Assembly: GCA_965215515.1 (NCBI GenBank)
Contig: OZ244057.1
Coordinates: 480,001 to 544,000 of the forward strand
Length of the DNA: 64,000 bases
Direction: 5' to 3'
Source: Oligoflexales bacterium
Lineage (GTDB): Bacteria; Bdellovibrionota_B; Oligoflexia; Oligoflexales; JAPPIL01
The number at the start of each line of letters is the position of its first letter. The first letter of the stretch is position 1. Under the pieces are notes generated by a model. It was not told the origin of the DNA. It ran no database searches and saw nothing but the letters and a program-made list of their open reading frames with translations. Shown one piece after another: positions 10,343-20,435 of this stretch. A program made the position numbers and the translations under genes.

Positions 10343-11731
10343 TTAAACGTCAAAAATCTTGCCAGGATTGCAGGTAGTGTGAGGGTCGAGTCCGTGTTTG
10401 ATGATGCGCATCAGTTCGATCTCCAAGGTCGAGCGTGACAGTGTGAGGTAATCTTTTTTGCGTAAGCCTATACCGTGCTCGGCACTGATACTGCCACACC
10501 ACTCCCCTACCAAGCGGTGCATGGTGCGATCCATGTTCGCCAAGCGCTCTGCTGCCGCGCCGTTGTTACTGGCAAAGTTGATATGCAGGTTGCCGTCGGC
10601 GATGTGCCCGAACAACACCATCTCGATATCACGAGCAGCATCTCTTGCTAAACGCTGCTGCATCGTGCCGATGAATGTGCCGATGCGAGGGGGCGAAATA
10701 GACACGTCGCCTTTTTTCAGTAGTTTGTAGGTGCTGAGTGCCTCACTGATCAGTTCACGGTAACTCCATAACATGTGTCGATCTGCCGCAGACTGGGCAA
10801 TCACCCCATCTTCGGCTAGTTGACGAGCAAAAACTCGCGCCACGAATTGTTCGACTACCGCCCGCTCACCATCTAGTTCGAGCAACACCACCCCCGCGGC
10901 TTTCTTCTTAAAGAGTGGTTGTAGGTGTTTGTAGGTGCGCAAAACCAGACGATAGGCACTGTGTGAAAAGAATTCAAAAGTGTGCAGAGTTGCCTGATTG
11001 AGATGGGACATTTCCAGCAAGGACAATACCTGATTGAAATCAGTCACTGCAAAACACATCGTAGTAAGCTTGGCGGGGGGGGGAACAAGCTTCAATGTCG
11101 CGGCGGTAACAATACCGAGTGTGCCCTCCGCACCGATGAAAAGCTGTTTCAAATCATAACCCGTGTTATCCTTCCGCAAAGAACTGCCGAGCTGCACAAA
11201 ACGTCCATCGGGTAAAACCACCTCCAACCCCAACACCTGTTCACGCATGCCGCCATAACGGATGAACTGCGTACCTCCTGCATTGGTCGCGATGTTGCCG
11301 CCAATTTGAGCGCTGCCACGGGCAGCCAAATTTAGGGCAAACATAACCCCTGCACGTGCGGCTGCCTCCTGCAACTGTTGGGTGGTGACCCCCGCATCCA
11401 CCACCGCAAACATGCCCGTGCGGTTTATTTCTCGCACCTTATTCATCCGTGCCAACGAAATAACCACCTCGCCGCGCCCAGCAACCGCCCCACCGACCAA
11501 ACCCGTGCGACCACCGCTGGGCACATACGGCATGCGCTGCCGATAACAATAAGTAACTACCTCCTGCACTTCCCGTCGCGTCGCGGGCAGAACTACCACC
11601 GCAGGACACGGCTCGAACTCCTTCGTCCAGTCCTTGCCCCAATGCCTCAAATCATCGGGCGCACGGCGCACATTCTGCCTGCCCACCACACGCTCGAAAT
11701 AAGCTGACGCTGGTGAATTCATGACAGCCAT
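10343..11731 (-). CDS. FAD-binding oxidoreductase, D-2-hydroxyacid dehydrogenase/GlcD family
   Basis: PSGGRTGLVGG, IGGNIATNAGG, KDNTGYDL, GAEGTLGIVT, GHIADGNLH, SAEHGIG, NPGK. Confidence 0.9.
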   Translation of the reverse strand: MAVMNSPASAYFERVVGRQNVRRAPDDLRHWGKDWTKEFEPCPAVVVLPATRREVQEVVTYCYRQRMPYVPSGGRTGLVGGAVAGRGEVVISLARMNKVREINRTGMFAVVDAGVTTQQLQEAAARAGVMFALNLAARGSAQIGGNIATNAGGTQFIRYGGMREQVLGLEVVLPDGRFVQLGSSLRKDNTGYDLKQLFIGAEGTLGIVTAATLKLVPPPAKLTTMCFAVTDFNQVLSLLEMSHLNQATLHTFEFFSHSAYRLVLRTYKHLQPLFKKKAAGVVLLELDGERAVVEQFVARVFARQLAEDGVIAQSAADRHMLWSYRELISEALSTYKLLKKGDVSISPPRIGTFIGTMQQRLARDAARDIEMVLFGHIADGNLHINFASNNGAAAERLANMDRTMHRLVGEWCGSISAEHGIGLRKKDYLTLSRSTLEIELMRIIKHGLDPHTTCNPGKIFDV

Positions 11732-11843
11732 CCTGATCTCATTACTAAAATAAACTTGGATTCTATCTTTATTCACAAAAACAAGCAAGGTGAAATAGCG
11801 AAAATTTTATTGATGATAGGTTTAAAAAATAATTTAATTTTTG

Positions 11844-11870
11844 TTAAATTTATTTGCAAAGCTCCGATAG
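11844..11870 (+). promoter_or_regulatory. Possible sigma28 (FliA)-type promoter
   Basis: TTAAATTT-N11-TCCGATAG about 35 nt upstream of ATG 11905, in an AT-rich intergenic region. Confidence 0.4.
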
Positions 11871-11904
11871 CGGCTGTGTGTAAGGCGTAGTGAGGGAGAG
11901 GGCG

Positions 11905-13164
11905 ATGCAAGTATTGCTGGCAACAGTGCTGCTTTTCTCGATCGCGGGTTGTGGTGCAGATGAGCTGTCAGGACGTTTCCCTGCCGCGTATGGCAGCTTC
12001 GGTAACGAAATGCGACCGCCGACAGACTATTATCGCGCTTTGCTAGTAACCCGTTTCAATACTAACGATACTACCGTTACCTCAGACAGAAAGGTTTTCT
12101 TGAATTTTGGCGGCGGCGAAATTTATAAAGGATTTGATAAAAATCAGTCGTTTATTCTATGTAATGAAGCCATTACAATTAATCCTGCCGCACTCACCGT
12201 GCGAGAGCAAGAGGAAGTTTTTGATGAAGTGAAAAAATTGTTCAGCGTCGCCGACGCACCGTTGTCCCTGGTTTTGGACGAGCCGTTGACAGGTGATTAC
12301 TCAACCGTGCATATCGGTGGGGAACACCATGCCTTGGGTTGTCAGAGCCAGCCCGTGTTAGGCATTGCTCCCAGCGATCAGGGCGATGTTAATCCTGCCG
12401 ATGTCGGTTTTGTGTTCAGTAACATGCGAGAGCTATTGCCGCACGCTATTGCCCACGTTGTCGGGCGTGTAAGCGGTTTACCCCTGCAAAACAACGCACG
12501 TGACACCGTTATGGCTCGTCACATCTCCAACCACACACCGCTGGTCTTGCGCGCACAAGAGCGGCAGATTTTACGTACCCAACACACTGCCGCAGCACGA
12601 GTTGCAAGCGATAAGTTACCTGGGGAAACTTTTATCAGCACTATCAGTGCAATGCTGGGTGAGCTGGATAAAGACGAGATGCTCGATATCGGCCCGCTGC
12701 AAGAAGAATTGCGCACTATCGTGCCCACGACAGTAAAATTACCCGCTTTGGCACGTGCCTTGAGTGTTATCCACATACTTGGACTCGATCAAGAAAGCCT
12801 CAAGCAGAACGGCAAGTGGGGCACACTAAAAAATATCCTAGGTAAAGTACTCAAGAATACCATCATCAAAAGTGTGCAAAAACCCCGCGCCGTGCGCAAC
12901 AACGTCTCCACCTCGATCGCTGATGCCTTAGGCGATGCCTGGCAAAAAAACAAAAGCGCAAGCAAACAAGACCGCCGTCTTACCAGACTCCCCGACCTCG
13001 CCCGTCTGTTGGAGCTGGATACCCTACACGAAAGCGCACAACTGTTCCCCCTGCTGCACGCACAACGACAGCTGCTAGCACGCACAGTAGACGGCACGGA
13101 GCACGACAGTATGCTGTCGCTCCTCAAAGTCGGCTATTTTCAACAGCTCGCGGCAAAAGAATAA
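11905..13164 (+). CDS. Lipoprotein with degenerate zinc-metalloprotease-like (matrixin-type) domain
   Basis: Lipobox IAGC; VFLNFGGG, LGIAPSD..VGFVFS, AIAHVVGRVSGL (HExxH replaced by HVVGR), then TVMA. Confidence 0.6.
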   Translation: MQVLLATVLLFSIAGCGADELSGRFPAAYGSFGNEMRPPTDYYRALLVTRFNTNDTTVTSDRKVFLNFGGGEIYKGFDKNQSFILCNEAITINPAALTVREQEEVFDEVKKLFSVADAPLSLVLDEPLTGDYSTVHIGGEHHALGCQSQPVLGIAPSDQGDVNPADVGFVFSNMRELLPHAIAHVVGRVSGLPLQNNARDTVMARHISNHTPLVLRAQERQILRTQHTAAARVASDKLPGETFISTISAMLGELDKDEMLDIGPLQEELRTIVPTTVKLPALARALSVIHILGLDQESLKQNGKWGTLKNILGKVLKNTIIKSVQKPRAVRNNVSTSIADALGDAWQKNKSASKQDRRLTRLPDLARLLELDTLHESAQLFPLLHAQRQLLARTVDGTEHDSMLSLLKVGYFQQLAAKE

Positions 13165-13166
13165 GA

Positions 13167-14231
13167 TCAGAACATGTAGTTGCCACGCAAGGCGAAATCC
13201 ATCTCTTGCATGTTGTACTCCTCCGCCGAGGCCTGTGACTCAAGCGGGAAGGTTTCCTCCCCAAAAGTATAGCCGACCGCTATCCCCGCCACAGCATTGG
13301 AGGTAACACGATAATCGACCGCCGTATGTGCACTCAACGTCGCGATGTTGTGCGCAGTAACGCTGTTTTCGGTCTCGTAATAAGCCGTGGCATAGGCGAC
13401 ATCGCCCTCAACCCGCACGCGATCGCTCTGCCACTCGACCGTAGCACGCAACACAGACTGGTCTTCATGTCCAACCTGGAGAGCACTCCAGCGTTTTAAT
13501 TGGTACACACCACCGAAATTGAGGCTGTCATCCCAAACATAACGTCCGTGCAGCGTCAAAATGGCAGGTACCTCCACATCGTCGCCGCTTTCCGCCGTTT
13601 GCCATGCTACCCCCGCCTCAAAGTCCGTGGCAGTGACCGTCATGGCTGGCACAAGGGAATACGAACTGCCGCTAGTGTGCATATCACCCCCGTGCGTGGC
13701 GGCAAAATAATGCGTCGGAGAATAATCCCGCACAGCATACTGGTAATTGACCCGCAAGCCGAGCGCCACCATGTCCCGCACATGATAACTCAACAGCGGA
13801 GCAATGTGCAGCGTGTTGATTTCGTTGTATCTGGTGTGCGCACTCTGTGTTGTCGTGCGCAACAGATCGGGAATCGCTTCCCCCTTGATAATCTCATCAG
13901 GCTCACTTAATACCGAAGTGATGTTTAAACCGATGTTGAGATTAGGGACAGGCACAGCCGTAACCGCAGTGAGGTTGAGGATCGCACTCATCCACTCAAA
14001 ATCCCACTTGCCCCGCGCCGTGATCGTCTCATGATCAGATTTGCGATAACCGAGCGTTATGTCGGTCTGCATGCCATCCACCGCATAAAGCTGAGCGGGT
14101 GACACAACCGTCGCACTGTGTAAATGGCTGTTGAACACTGAGGGCAACAAGGGAGCGACAATCTCCTCCGCCGCCACCGCAAAGGGCACGTGCACCAATA
14201 ACGTAGCCGCACCAGCGAGTAACTTACGCAT
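13167..14231 (-). CDS. Outer-membrane beta-barrel protein
   Basis: Signal peptide MRKLLAGAATLLVHVPFAVA; many amphipathic strands; C-terminal FALRGNYMF; AAGGAG RBS. Confidence 0.8.
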   Translation of the reverse strand: MRKLLAGAATLLVHVPFAVAAEEIVAPLLPSVFNSHLHSATVVSPAQLYAVDGMQTDITLGYRKSDHETITARGKWDFEWMSAILNLTAVTAVPVPNLNIGLNITSVLSEPDEIIKGEAIPDLLRTTTQSAHTRYNEINTLHIAPLLSYHVRDMVALGLRVNYQYAVRDYSPTHYFAATHGGDMHTSGSSYSLVPAMTVTATDFEAGVAWQTAESGDDVEVPAILTLHGRYVWDDSLNFGGVYQLKRWSALQVGHEDQSVLRATVEWQSDRVRVEGDVAYATAYYETENSVTAHNIATLSAHTAVDYRVTSNAVAGIAVGYTFGEETFPLESQASAEEYNMQEMDFALRGNYMF

Positions 14232-14321
14232 CCTAACTCCTTTATCATGCGTTGGTTAAAACATCCGAGTTGCAAAGAACACACCGTTGATTCTAATAGC
14301 ACAGGAACAATAAAACAACCG

Positions 14322-15428
14322 CTATTCACTTGCCCGTCGCTCAGCATCATCTCCCAGATCAGAGAGATCCTGACCCGTAAGCAGTTCAATAAGCTTGTTC
14401 AATTTGATCACAGGCCCCGCATTATATTCATGATCGCTGCCCTGCTGTAAACCGAGACGAGAGGAGGCGACAACATAGATATTCTGAAAAGCACCCTTGA
14501 TACTACGTTTCAACGCAGCCACCTTGATGTTTAAACCAACCCCCCTGCGCTCCTGCCACTTGCCATTCTTATCCTCAGACCCCAACATGACGCGACCGTC
14601 TTGGTCAACACGATGAAGCAATTCCGTCGCCCCATACTTGTAGTTCAACGAATAACCCACCGAAAAGCCACTGAAATCCTGAGGCCTCTGCAACTCACCG
14701 AACACAAAACCAAGCCCCATACGCAGCCCTACCTTGCCGCGTTTGCGACCCTGCACGACAATATTGACATCAGGAATACCGACCACCGACATCCGAAAAC
14801 GATACCAAGATTCCTCCACCTCCTTGGTAAGCTTGTGGATCTTGATTATCTTGACAGGCACAATTACCACCCCGATAGTGAACGAACCGCCGTTGCGCAA
14901 CAACCCCATGCCTCCCGCCGCCAAGCCAGCCCGTGCACCGCTGGCAGCCTTGGCCGTTTTAGTCGCAGCCTCGGTCGCCTCTGCGGCAACCTCACGGGTG
15001 GCTTTCTTCTTCAAGTTGTCGCCCACCAGCAATTGCCCCCCACCACCGAAGGAGATTATGGCAGCAGAAGGAATGAAATCCTGCAGCCGAAAACCGAAAC
15101 GATTGAAACGGTCTTGGTGATCGTTAATCCACTTATCGGCCGACGCGATCACCTCCGCAAGGCGTTCATCCGCCATGCTGTTTAGGGCATCTATGGTCCT
15201 GCGAGTAACGATGTGAGGCGGAAACTCCTCCCGCAACGCAGTGACGATCAGACGACGTGCCTCAAGCAATGCCTGTACCCGCTCGGCTTTCGTAAAATCA
15301 ATCCAAGGAGTAGTAAGGTAGATATACTTGCTGTCCATCTCAATGTCCGTGTCCTTGAGCTGCGCCACCCGTTGCTCGCCACAGGCAACCACACTCAACA
15401 CCAACGAAAGTGCAGCAACAGTCCTCAT
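14322..15428 (-). CDS. Hypothetical lipoprotein
   Basis: Lipobox VVAC at residue 16; GGAG RBS; beta-rich C-terminal half with an Ala/Lys/Thr-rich insert. Confidence 0.75.
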   Translation of the reverse strand: MRTVAALSLVLSVVACGEQRVAQLKDTDIEMDSKYIYLTTPWIDFTKAERVQALLEARRLIVTALREEFPPHIVTRRTIDALNSMADERLAEVIASADKWINDHQDRFNRFGFRLQDFIPSAAIISFGGGGQLLVGDNLKKKATREVAAEATEAATKTAKAASGARAGLAAGGMGLLRNGGSFTIGVVIVPVKIIKIHKLTKEVEESWYRFRMSVVGIPDVNIVVQGRKRGKVGLRMGLGFVFGELQRPQDFSGFSVGYSLNYKYGATELLHRVDQDGRVMLGSEDKNGKWQERRGVGLNIKVAALKRSIKGAFQNIYVVASSRLGLQQGSDHEYNAGPVIKLNKLIELLTGQDLSDLGDDAERRASE

Positions 15429-15569
15429 ACATGCTCCGTAAAAATTTTATTTGTGCCTCTGTGTACCTAAAATAAAAATTTTTGTAACCACTATATCTAT
15501 GCTCACCTCCACTCCCATCTCACCTTGACAGAATGATCTAGCCCGTGCTAGAGGCGGCGGCACACGGAG

Positions 15570-16085
15570 ATGGGGATCGTGAGGAACGCTTTTTTGTCCC
15601 AAACTGCGAAAATTACGCCCGCAGTTTTCCCCGCAGAGTTGCGAGCCGTCACGATCACCTGCCGAGGCACACGGATACAGCGCATCGCCTTCGCCGCTCA
15701 GTTCCACACGCCTGCCCACCCTGTGGCCGCAAAACTCCTATCCTTGCTGACTCGCTACTTCGCGGGTGAATGTGTTGACTTCAGCGACGTGCCGCTGCTG
15801 AACACACCAGGCACTGCCTTTCAACAGCTTGTCTGGCGAGCAATCCGTACTATTCCCTACGGCGAGGTGCGCACGTACGCACAACTAGCAGCGACTATCG
15901 GACACCCACGCGCGGGACGCGCGGTAGGGAACGCCGCAGCCGCCAATCCCACCGTCATCGTCATTCCCTGCCATCGTGTCATCAGAAGCGATGGCACGCT
16001 CGGCGACTACGGCGGCGGTGTGACACGCAAACGACAACTGCTCGCCTTGGAAGGTTACCGCTTGCAGGACGAGCTACCACCGTAG
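15570..16085 (+). CDS. ogt: Methylated-DNA-protein-cysteine methyltransferase
   Basis: GTAFQQLVW, IPYGEVRTY, RAVGNA, IPCHRV active site, YGGG. Confidence 0.95.
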   Translation: MGIVRNAFLSQTAKITPAVFPAELRAVTITCRGTRIQRIAFAAQFHTPAHPVAAKLLSLLTRYFAGECVDFSDVPLLNTPGTAFQQLVWRAIRTIPYGEVRTYAQLAATIGHPRAGRAVGNAAAANPTVIVIPCHRVIRSDGTLGDYGGGVTRKRQLLALEGYRLQDELPP

Positions 16086-16140
16086 AGGAGCAGAGTTCGC
16101 AGTTGCGGTCAGCAGGAGGACAGGCTAGAATGCGTGACGC

Positions 16141-16476
16141 GTGATGGCAGGGGAAGAACTGAGATATCGGCAGGAGAGGCTTGTCTGGCAGGGCGATGTC
16201 CACTGGCAACGCACCTGCTCACCTTGGTGCTTGGTAACTACTTTACGAGGGGTGAACATTTCTCGCAGCGGTTTGCTGGCCGAGGGTGAGGCACATGCCT
16301 TTGTCGCTATCTTCACCGACCGCGAGACGGTGTTGCACCTCAACGACGGTCGTTGCTACGCGGCGGTCTCGGCCGTGTGCGTGCGGCGGCAGGAACAGCG
16401 GGTAGCCTTCTCCTTCGACGAGACCAACACGGCTCTGGAAGAGCTGTTGGCCCAGATACATGGGGAGGCACAGTGA
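16141..16476 (+). CDS. PilZ-domain protein
   Basis: RYRQER (RxxxR-like) and NISRSG motifs; C-terminal VAFSF. Confidence 0.7.
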   Translation: MMAGEELRYRQERLVWQGDVHWQRTCSPWCLVTTLRGVNISRSGLLAEGEAHAFVAIFTDRETVLHLNDGRCYAAVSAVCVRRQEQRVAFSFDETNTALEELLAQIHGEAQ

Positions 16477-18092
16477 GCAAACAAGCCACGGCTAGCCTCG
16501 AACGACTGCGTCATATCTTCAGCATGCCGCTCGATCGCAACGCCTCCCTACTGAAAATAGAAGCGGAAATTTCTGCCAATCTGCTGGAGTTTTTGCGCCA
16601 CAAAATCGTCGCCGAACGTATCGAGCCGCGGGAATTGCAAAAGTTTTTCTGCGATCATAGCATTCCCGATGCACCGCTGTTCGTTTCCGAGCAGGCGGAG
16701 TTCCTGCTGCGAACCGCAGTACGGCACGCCGTCAACACCGCTGCCCCCAAATTTATCGGACACATGACCTCACCCCTACCGACTTTCATGTTGCCTCTGA
16801 CTAAAATCATGACCGCCCTTAACCAAAACCTAGTCAAAACCGAGACCTCCAAATCCTTCACCCCGCTCGAACGGCAGGTAATCGCCATGTTGCACCATCT
16901 CATCTATCGCCGCCCCGTGCCGTTCTATGCTCGCTGGATGCACGATAGCCGTGTTGCCCTCGGTGTCCTATGCTCGGGCGGCACACTAGCCAACATCACC
17001 GCACTGTGGGCGGCACGGAACACTATGCTCGCAGGCGAGGACGGCCAAGCCGTGCGGGACATCGGTGTCGGGACTGCCCTGCACCGTCACGGTCTACGCG
17101 GGTTGGCGGTGCTGGTGTCACGGCTCGGTCACTATTCGCTGGCAAAGGCGGCGGACTTGCTCGGTATCGGACGGGAGGGGGTGATTGCGGTGGCGACGGA
17201 TAGTCGTGATCGCATAGATTGTAAAGAGTTACAGACACAGGTGCGCCGTCTCAAGGCACGCAACATCGGCATCGTCGCGATCGTCGGCATCGCAGGCAGC
17301 ACCGAGACAGGCAGTGTCGATCCGCTCGCGACCTTGGCTGACATCGCCGCTGAAGAAGACTGCCACCTCCATGTAGACGCGGCGTGGGGCGGGGCGACCC
17401 TATTCTCCCACCGTCATCGCCATCTGCTGCACGGCATTGCACGTGCCGATACGGTGACTCTCGATGCCCACAAACAACTCTATGTCCCGATGGGTGCGGG
17501 TCTGCTGCTGTGTCGCACACCGACGATGTTGCGTGACATCGAACAACAGGCCGCCTACATTGTGCGAGCTGGTTCGCGCGATCAAGGTAAGTTCACCCTC
17601 GACGGCTCACGTCCTGGCATGGCACTGTTGGTGCATTCAGCTCTGCGTATTTTCGGACGTAAAGGTTTTGAGTTGCTGATCGATTACGGGATAGCACAGG
17701 CGGCGCGTTTTGCGGCTTTGATCGCAGCGAGTCGCGACTTCGAGTTGATTACCCCGCCGCAGCTGAACGTGCTTACCTACCGTTTTCACCCCGCTTCTCT
17801 GCCCGTGTCAGATGCGGTCACGCGCACCGAACTGCTCAACCGCCTCAACGTTTCTTTGCAACGCAAACAGCGTCGTCGCGGGGCTTCGTTCGTATCGCGC
17901 ACCACGCTTCGCCTGCCGTCCCAGCCGTTACCTATCGTGGTGTTGCGGGTTGTGCTGGCCAATCCGCTGACCACGACGGCACACTTGCGCGCAATTCTCG
18001 CCGAGCAGACGGAGCTGGGTAACCGTGACGTGCTGCCGAAAGTACTGCCACCCCAAAAGCCTGCTATACACGCGCCAGTAACCTCTGTATAA
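16473..18092 (+). CDS. panP: PLP-dependent group II decarboxylase, PanP-like putative aspartate 1-decarboxylase
   Basis: FIGHMTS, LNQNLVKTETSKSFTPLERQV, SGGTLAN, HVDAAWGG, DAHKQLY (PLP lysine); GGAGG RBS before GTG 16473. Confidence 0.8.
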   Translation: MSKQATASLERLRHIFSMPLDRNASLLKIEAEISANLLEFLRHKIVAERIEPRELQKFFCDHSIPDAPLFVSEQAEFLLRTAVRHAVNTAAPKFIGHMTSPLPTFMLPLTKIMTALNQNLVKTETSKSFTPLERQVIAMLHHLIYRRPVPFYARWMHDSRVALGVLCSGGTLANITALWAARNTMLAGEDGQAVRDIGVGTALHRHGLRGLAVLVSRLGHYSLAKAADLLGIGREGVIAVATDSRDRIDCKELQTQVRRLKARNIGIVAIVGIAGSTETGSVDPLATLADIAAEEDCHLHVDAAWGGATLFSHRHRHLLHGIARADTVTLDAHKQLYVPMGAGLLLCRTPTMLRDIEQQAAYIVRAGSRDQGKFTLDGSRPGMALLVHSALRIFGRKGFELLIDYGIAQAARFAALIAASRDFELITPPQLNVLTYRFHPASLPVSDAVTRTELLNRLNVSLQRKQRRRGASFVSRTTLRLPSQPLPIVVLRVVLANPLTTTAHLRAILAEQTELGNRDVLPKVLPPQKPAIHAPVTSV

Positions 18093-18118
18093 CTACGGCA
18101 CGGAGTTGGAGAGGCGCG

Positions 18119-19633
18119 GTGGGAAGAGACTACAGCCTTGAGGAAGAAGCGAGCTGGGACGGGCTTGATCCTGACGAAGTTGCGTTGCACCATCGACGTT
18201 TGACGAAAGAAAAACAGCCTGTGTTTCCTATCATCGATACCTGTCGGAGGGATAACGGCGGTATCTTGCCGCTTGACGAGCTGCTTTATCTCACCGATGA
18301 CTCTGCTCGTGTTTTGCAAAGCTTCGTTTCGTTGGTGCTTGCGGCAGGGGCGGCGAGCCGTTTTTTGCGACCGCTCGCTAAGCTGGAAAAGTTGATAAAG
18401 AAAGGCGACTATCGCGTGGCGCGTGTTGAGTTGCAACGCTTACAGGATGCGGGTGCTACCCGTCTGCCGCTCTTTTACAGTGTGCGGGAGCTCATCAAAA
18501 GCGGGGCGCGGGTGGACGACGATGCACTCGACGAAGAACGTTCTTCTTCGTTGGGACTGTTCCCTTTTCCAAAAGCTTTTCATCCTTGTGTGTTGGAGGA
18601 TTATTCGTTCTTTGCTGTCAAGATCGTTGAACATCGTGCTATCGGTGAATTAGCCAAGCAGGTATATATCATCCCTGAACGCAGCATGCGTCTGTTCAGG
18701 AGTCGTTCTTCCGCCCATCGTGCTTTGCAAGACATGTTGTTCTACGAGCAAAAAGGCGACATGTGCACGGTGCGTCTGCTGCCGAATGGCGATCCTTACC
18801 GTGATGATAACAACTGTCTGTCGGTTGTTCCCGCGGGGCATGGCGTGTTGACCAGACTTTTTTCGTCTATCAAAGCACAGACTGGTGCGCACTCTGCCTT
18901 TGTCCGCAACATCGATAATGTGATGGGAGGGGAGGAGCAATCTCTTGAAGTCTGTCGTTCTTTCATGCGTTTGCATCACTTCGTGATTACGCATGTACAG
19001 AAAATAAGAACAGCATTGCGTCGTGGTCGGTTGCCGACGGCGGAAAAATCAGCTTGTGCCATCATCATCAGCGTTTTGCGGCGCAAGCCACCTACCAGCC
19101 CGCTGTGGTGTGTGCTGAAGGAGCTGTTTCACACCGCACGTCCTCCTGCCGATAGTGAAGGTGATCGGCGGAACTTGCTTAATTTTTATGCACGTCCTGT
19201 CAACACTCTCGGGCAGGTGTTGAACAACGGCAAGGATATGGGGGGCATACCTGTGTTTGCCACATGGCGTGGTCGTCGCCTCAAGCTGTGCCTTGAAATC
19301 CCGCATATGCGGGAGGAAGATATCAGAAACTTCGCTCGCCACCCCGAACGTGCTACGCACTTCAATCCTGTCTTTGCGGCCTGCGAGTTGGATGCCCACT
19401 ACGACACGCACCACAGTCCTTTTTGGCTAGCGGCGCACAAGACCTTTGCGGGTCAGGAGGTCATGTATCACGAAACGTTGTTCTCGGAGATAGTAGGCAA
19501 TAGTCTGCATTGCAACACGTTGTTTGTCGAGGTGCCGCGCTGTATCTTCAACCCTCACAAGTGCATCACCGCTGCCAAGGATCGTCGTATTGCTGATTGG
19601 GGGTTCTCCTATCGAGACTTTTCTTCGTGGTGA
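18119..19633 (+). CDS. DUF4301-like protein, nucleotide-diphospho-sugar transferase fold
   Basis: AAGAASRF, PAGHG, RNIDNV, GGIP, THFNPV, FVEVP..FNPHK. Confidence 0.7.
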   Translation: MGRDYSLEEEASWDGLDPDEVALHHRRLTKEKQPVFPIIDTCRRDNGGILPLDELLYLTDDSARVLQSFVSLVLAAGAASRFLRPLAKLEKLIKKGDYRVARVELQRLQDAGATRLPLFYSVRELIKSGARVDDDALDEERSSSLGLFPFPKAFHPCVLEDYSFFAVKIVEHRAIGELAKQVYIIPERSMRLFRSRSSAHRALQDMLFYEQKGDMCTVRLLPNGDPYRDDNNCLSVVPAGHGVLTRLFSSIKAQTGAHSAFVRNIDNVMGGEEQSLEVCRSFMRLHHFVITHVQKIRTALRRGRLPTAEKSACAIIISVLRRKPPTSPLWCVLKELFHTARPPADSEGDRRNLLNFYARPVNTLGQVLNNGKDMGGIPVFATWRGRRLKLCLEIPHMREEDIRNFARHPERATHFNPVFAACELDAHYDTHHSPFWLAAHKTFAGQEVMYHETLFSEIVGNSLHCNTLFVEVPRCIFNPHKCITAAKDRRIADWGFSYRDFSSW

Positions 19634-20430
19634 GGCTCGCGGCGACAGCGGCGGTGTCGCGTTACGGCTGTGGTATTGTGGCGAACAGACGGCTGGGGCA
19701 GAATTTTCTCTGCGATGCCAACATCAACAGCAAGATTGCCTGTCTTGCCGCTCGCCTTGTGCCAGGCGGTATGTGCGATGAGATCGGTGCAGGCACGGGC
19801 AACTTGACCGCGGCGTTGTTAGCGGCAAACTTGCGGGTCACCGCCATCGAGAGTGATTGCCGTTTATTGCCTCACCTCGCGGCGCGTTTTCGTGATCACG
19901 ATTTGCAACTTGTGCATAGCGATGTGCGTGATTGGAAACCGCCGCCGACTGCCGCAGCTAGGCTCTGCGTAGGTAATATTCCCTACATGCTGACAACCGC
20001 TATCTTGCTGTGGTTGAAAAAAAATCGTTGCTGCTATCGGCATGCTTTATTCACCGTACAGCGTGAAGTGGCTATGCGTCTCACTGCCTTGCCCGCTTCT
20101 AAAGCTTACGGACGGCTCAGTGCTTGTTTACAGTTGTTCTTTGTTGTCCGTCAGCACTTTACGATACCTCGCACCTGTTTTCGGCCGCGGCCACGGGTGG
20201 ATTCGGCGGTGGTGTCTTTCACGCCACGGCCATCACCGTGCAGCGTGGCGCAGGAACAGGCGTTCGAGCGCTTCACCCAGATGTTGTTTCACATGCGCCG
20301 CAAGACGCTGGCGACAACCCTCAAACGGCACGGCATCCCCTGCACTGCACTTACCGAGGTGGAGAAACGCGCTCGTGTCGAAACCCTTTCTCCGTCCTCT
20401 ATCTTGGCACTGCTGCACAGGCTGAGGTAG
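19630..20430 (+). CDS. rsmA: 16S rRNA m6,2A dimethyltransferase RsmA/KsgA
   Basis: LGQNFL, EIGAGTG, GNIPY, QREVA, YGRLS, FRPRPRVDSAVV, RRKTL; exact start uncertain. Confidence 0.92.
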   Translation: MRLAATAAVSRYGCGIVANRRLGQNFLCDANINSKIACLAARLVPGGMCDEIGAGTGNLTAALLAANLRVTAIESDCRLLPHLAARFRDHDLQLVHSDVRDWKPPPTAAARLCVGNIPYMLTTAILLWLKKNRCCYRHALFTVQREVAMRLTALPASKAYGRLSACLQLFFVVRQHFTIPRTCFRPRPRVDSAVVSFTPRPSPCSVAQEQAFERFTQMLFHMRRKTLATTLKRHGIPCTALTEVEKRARVETLSPSSILALLHRLR

Positions 20431-20435
20431 GGTAT

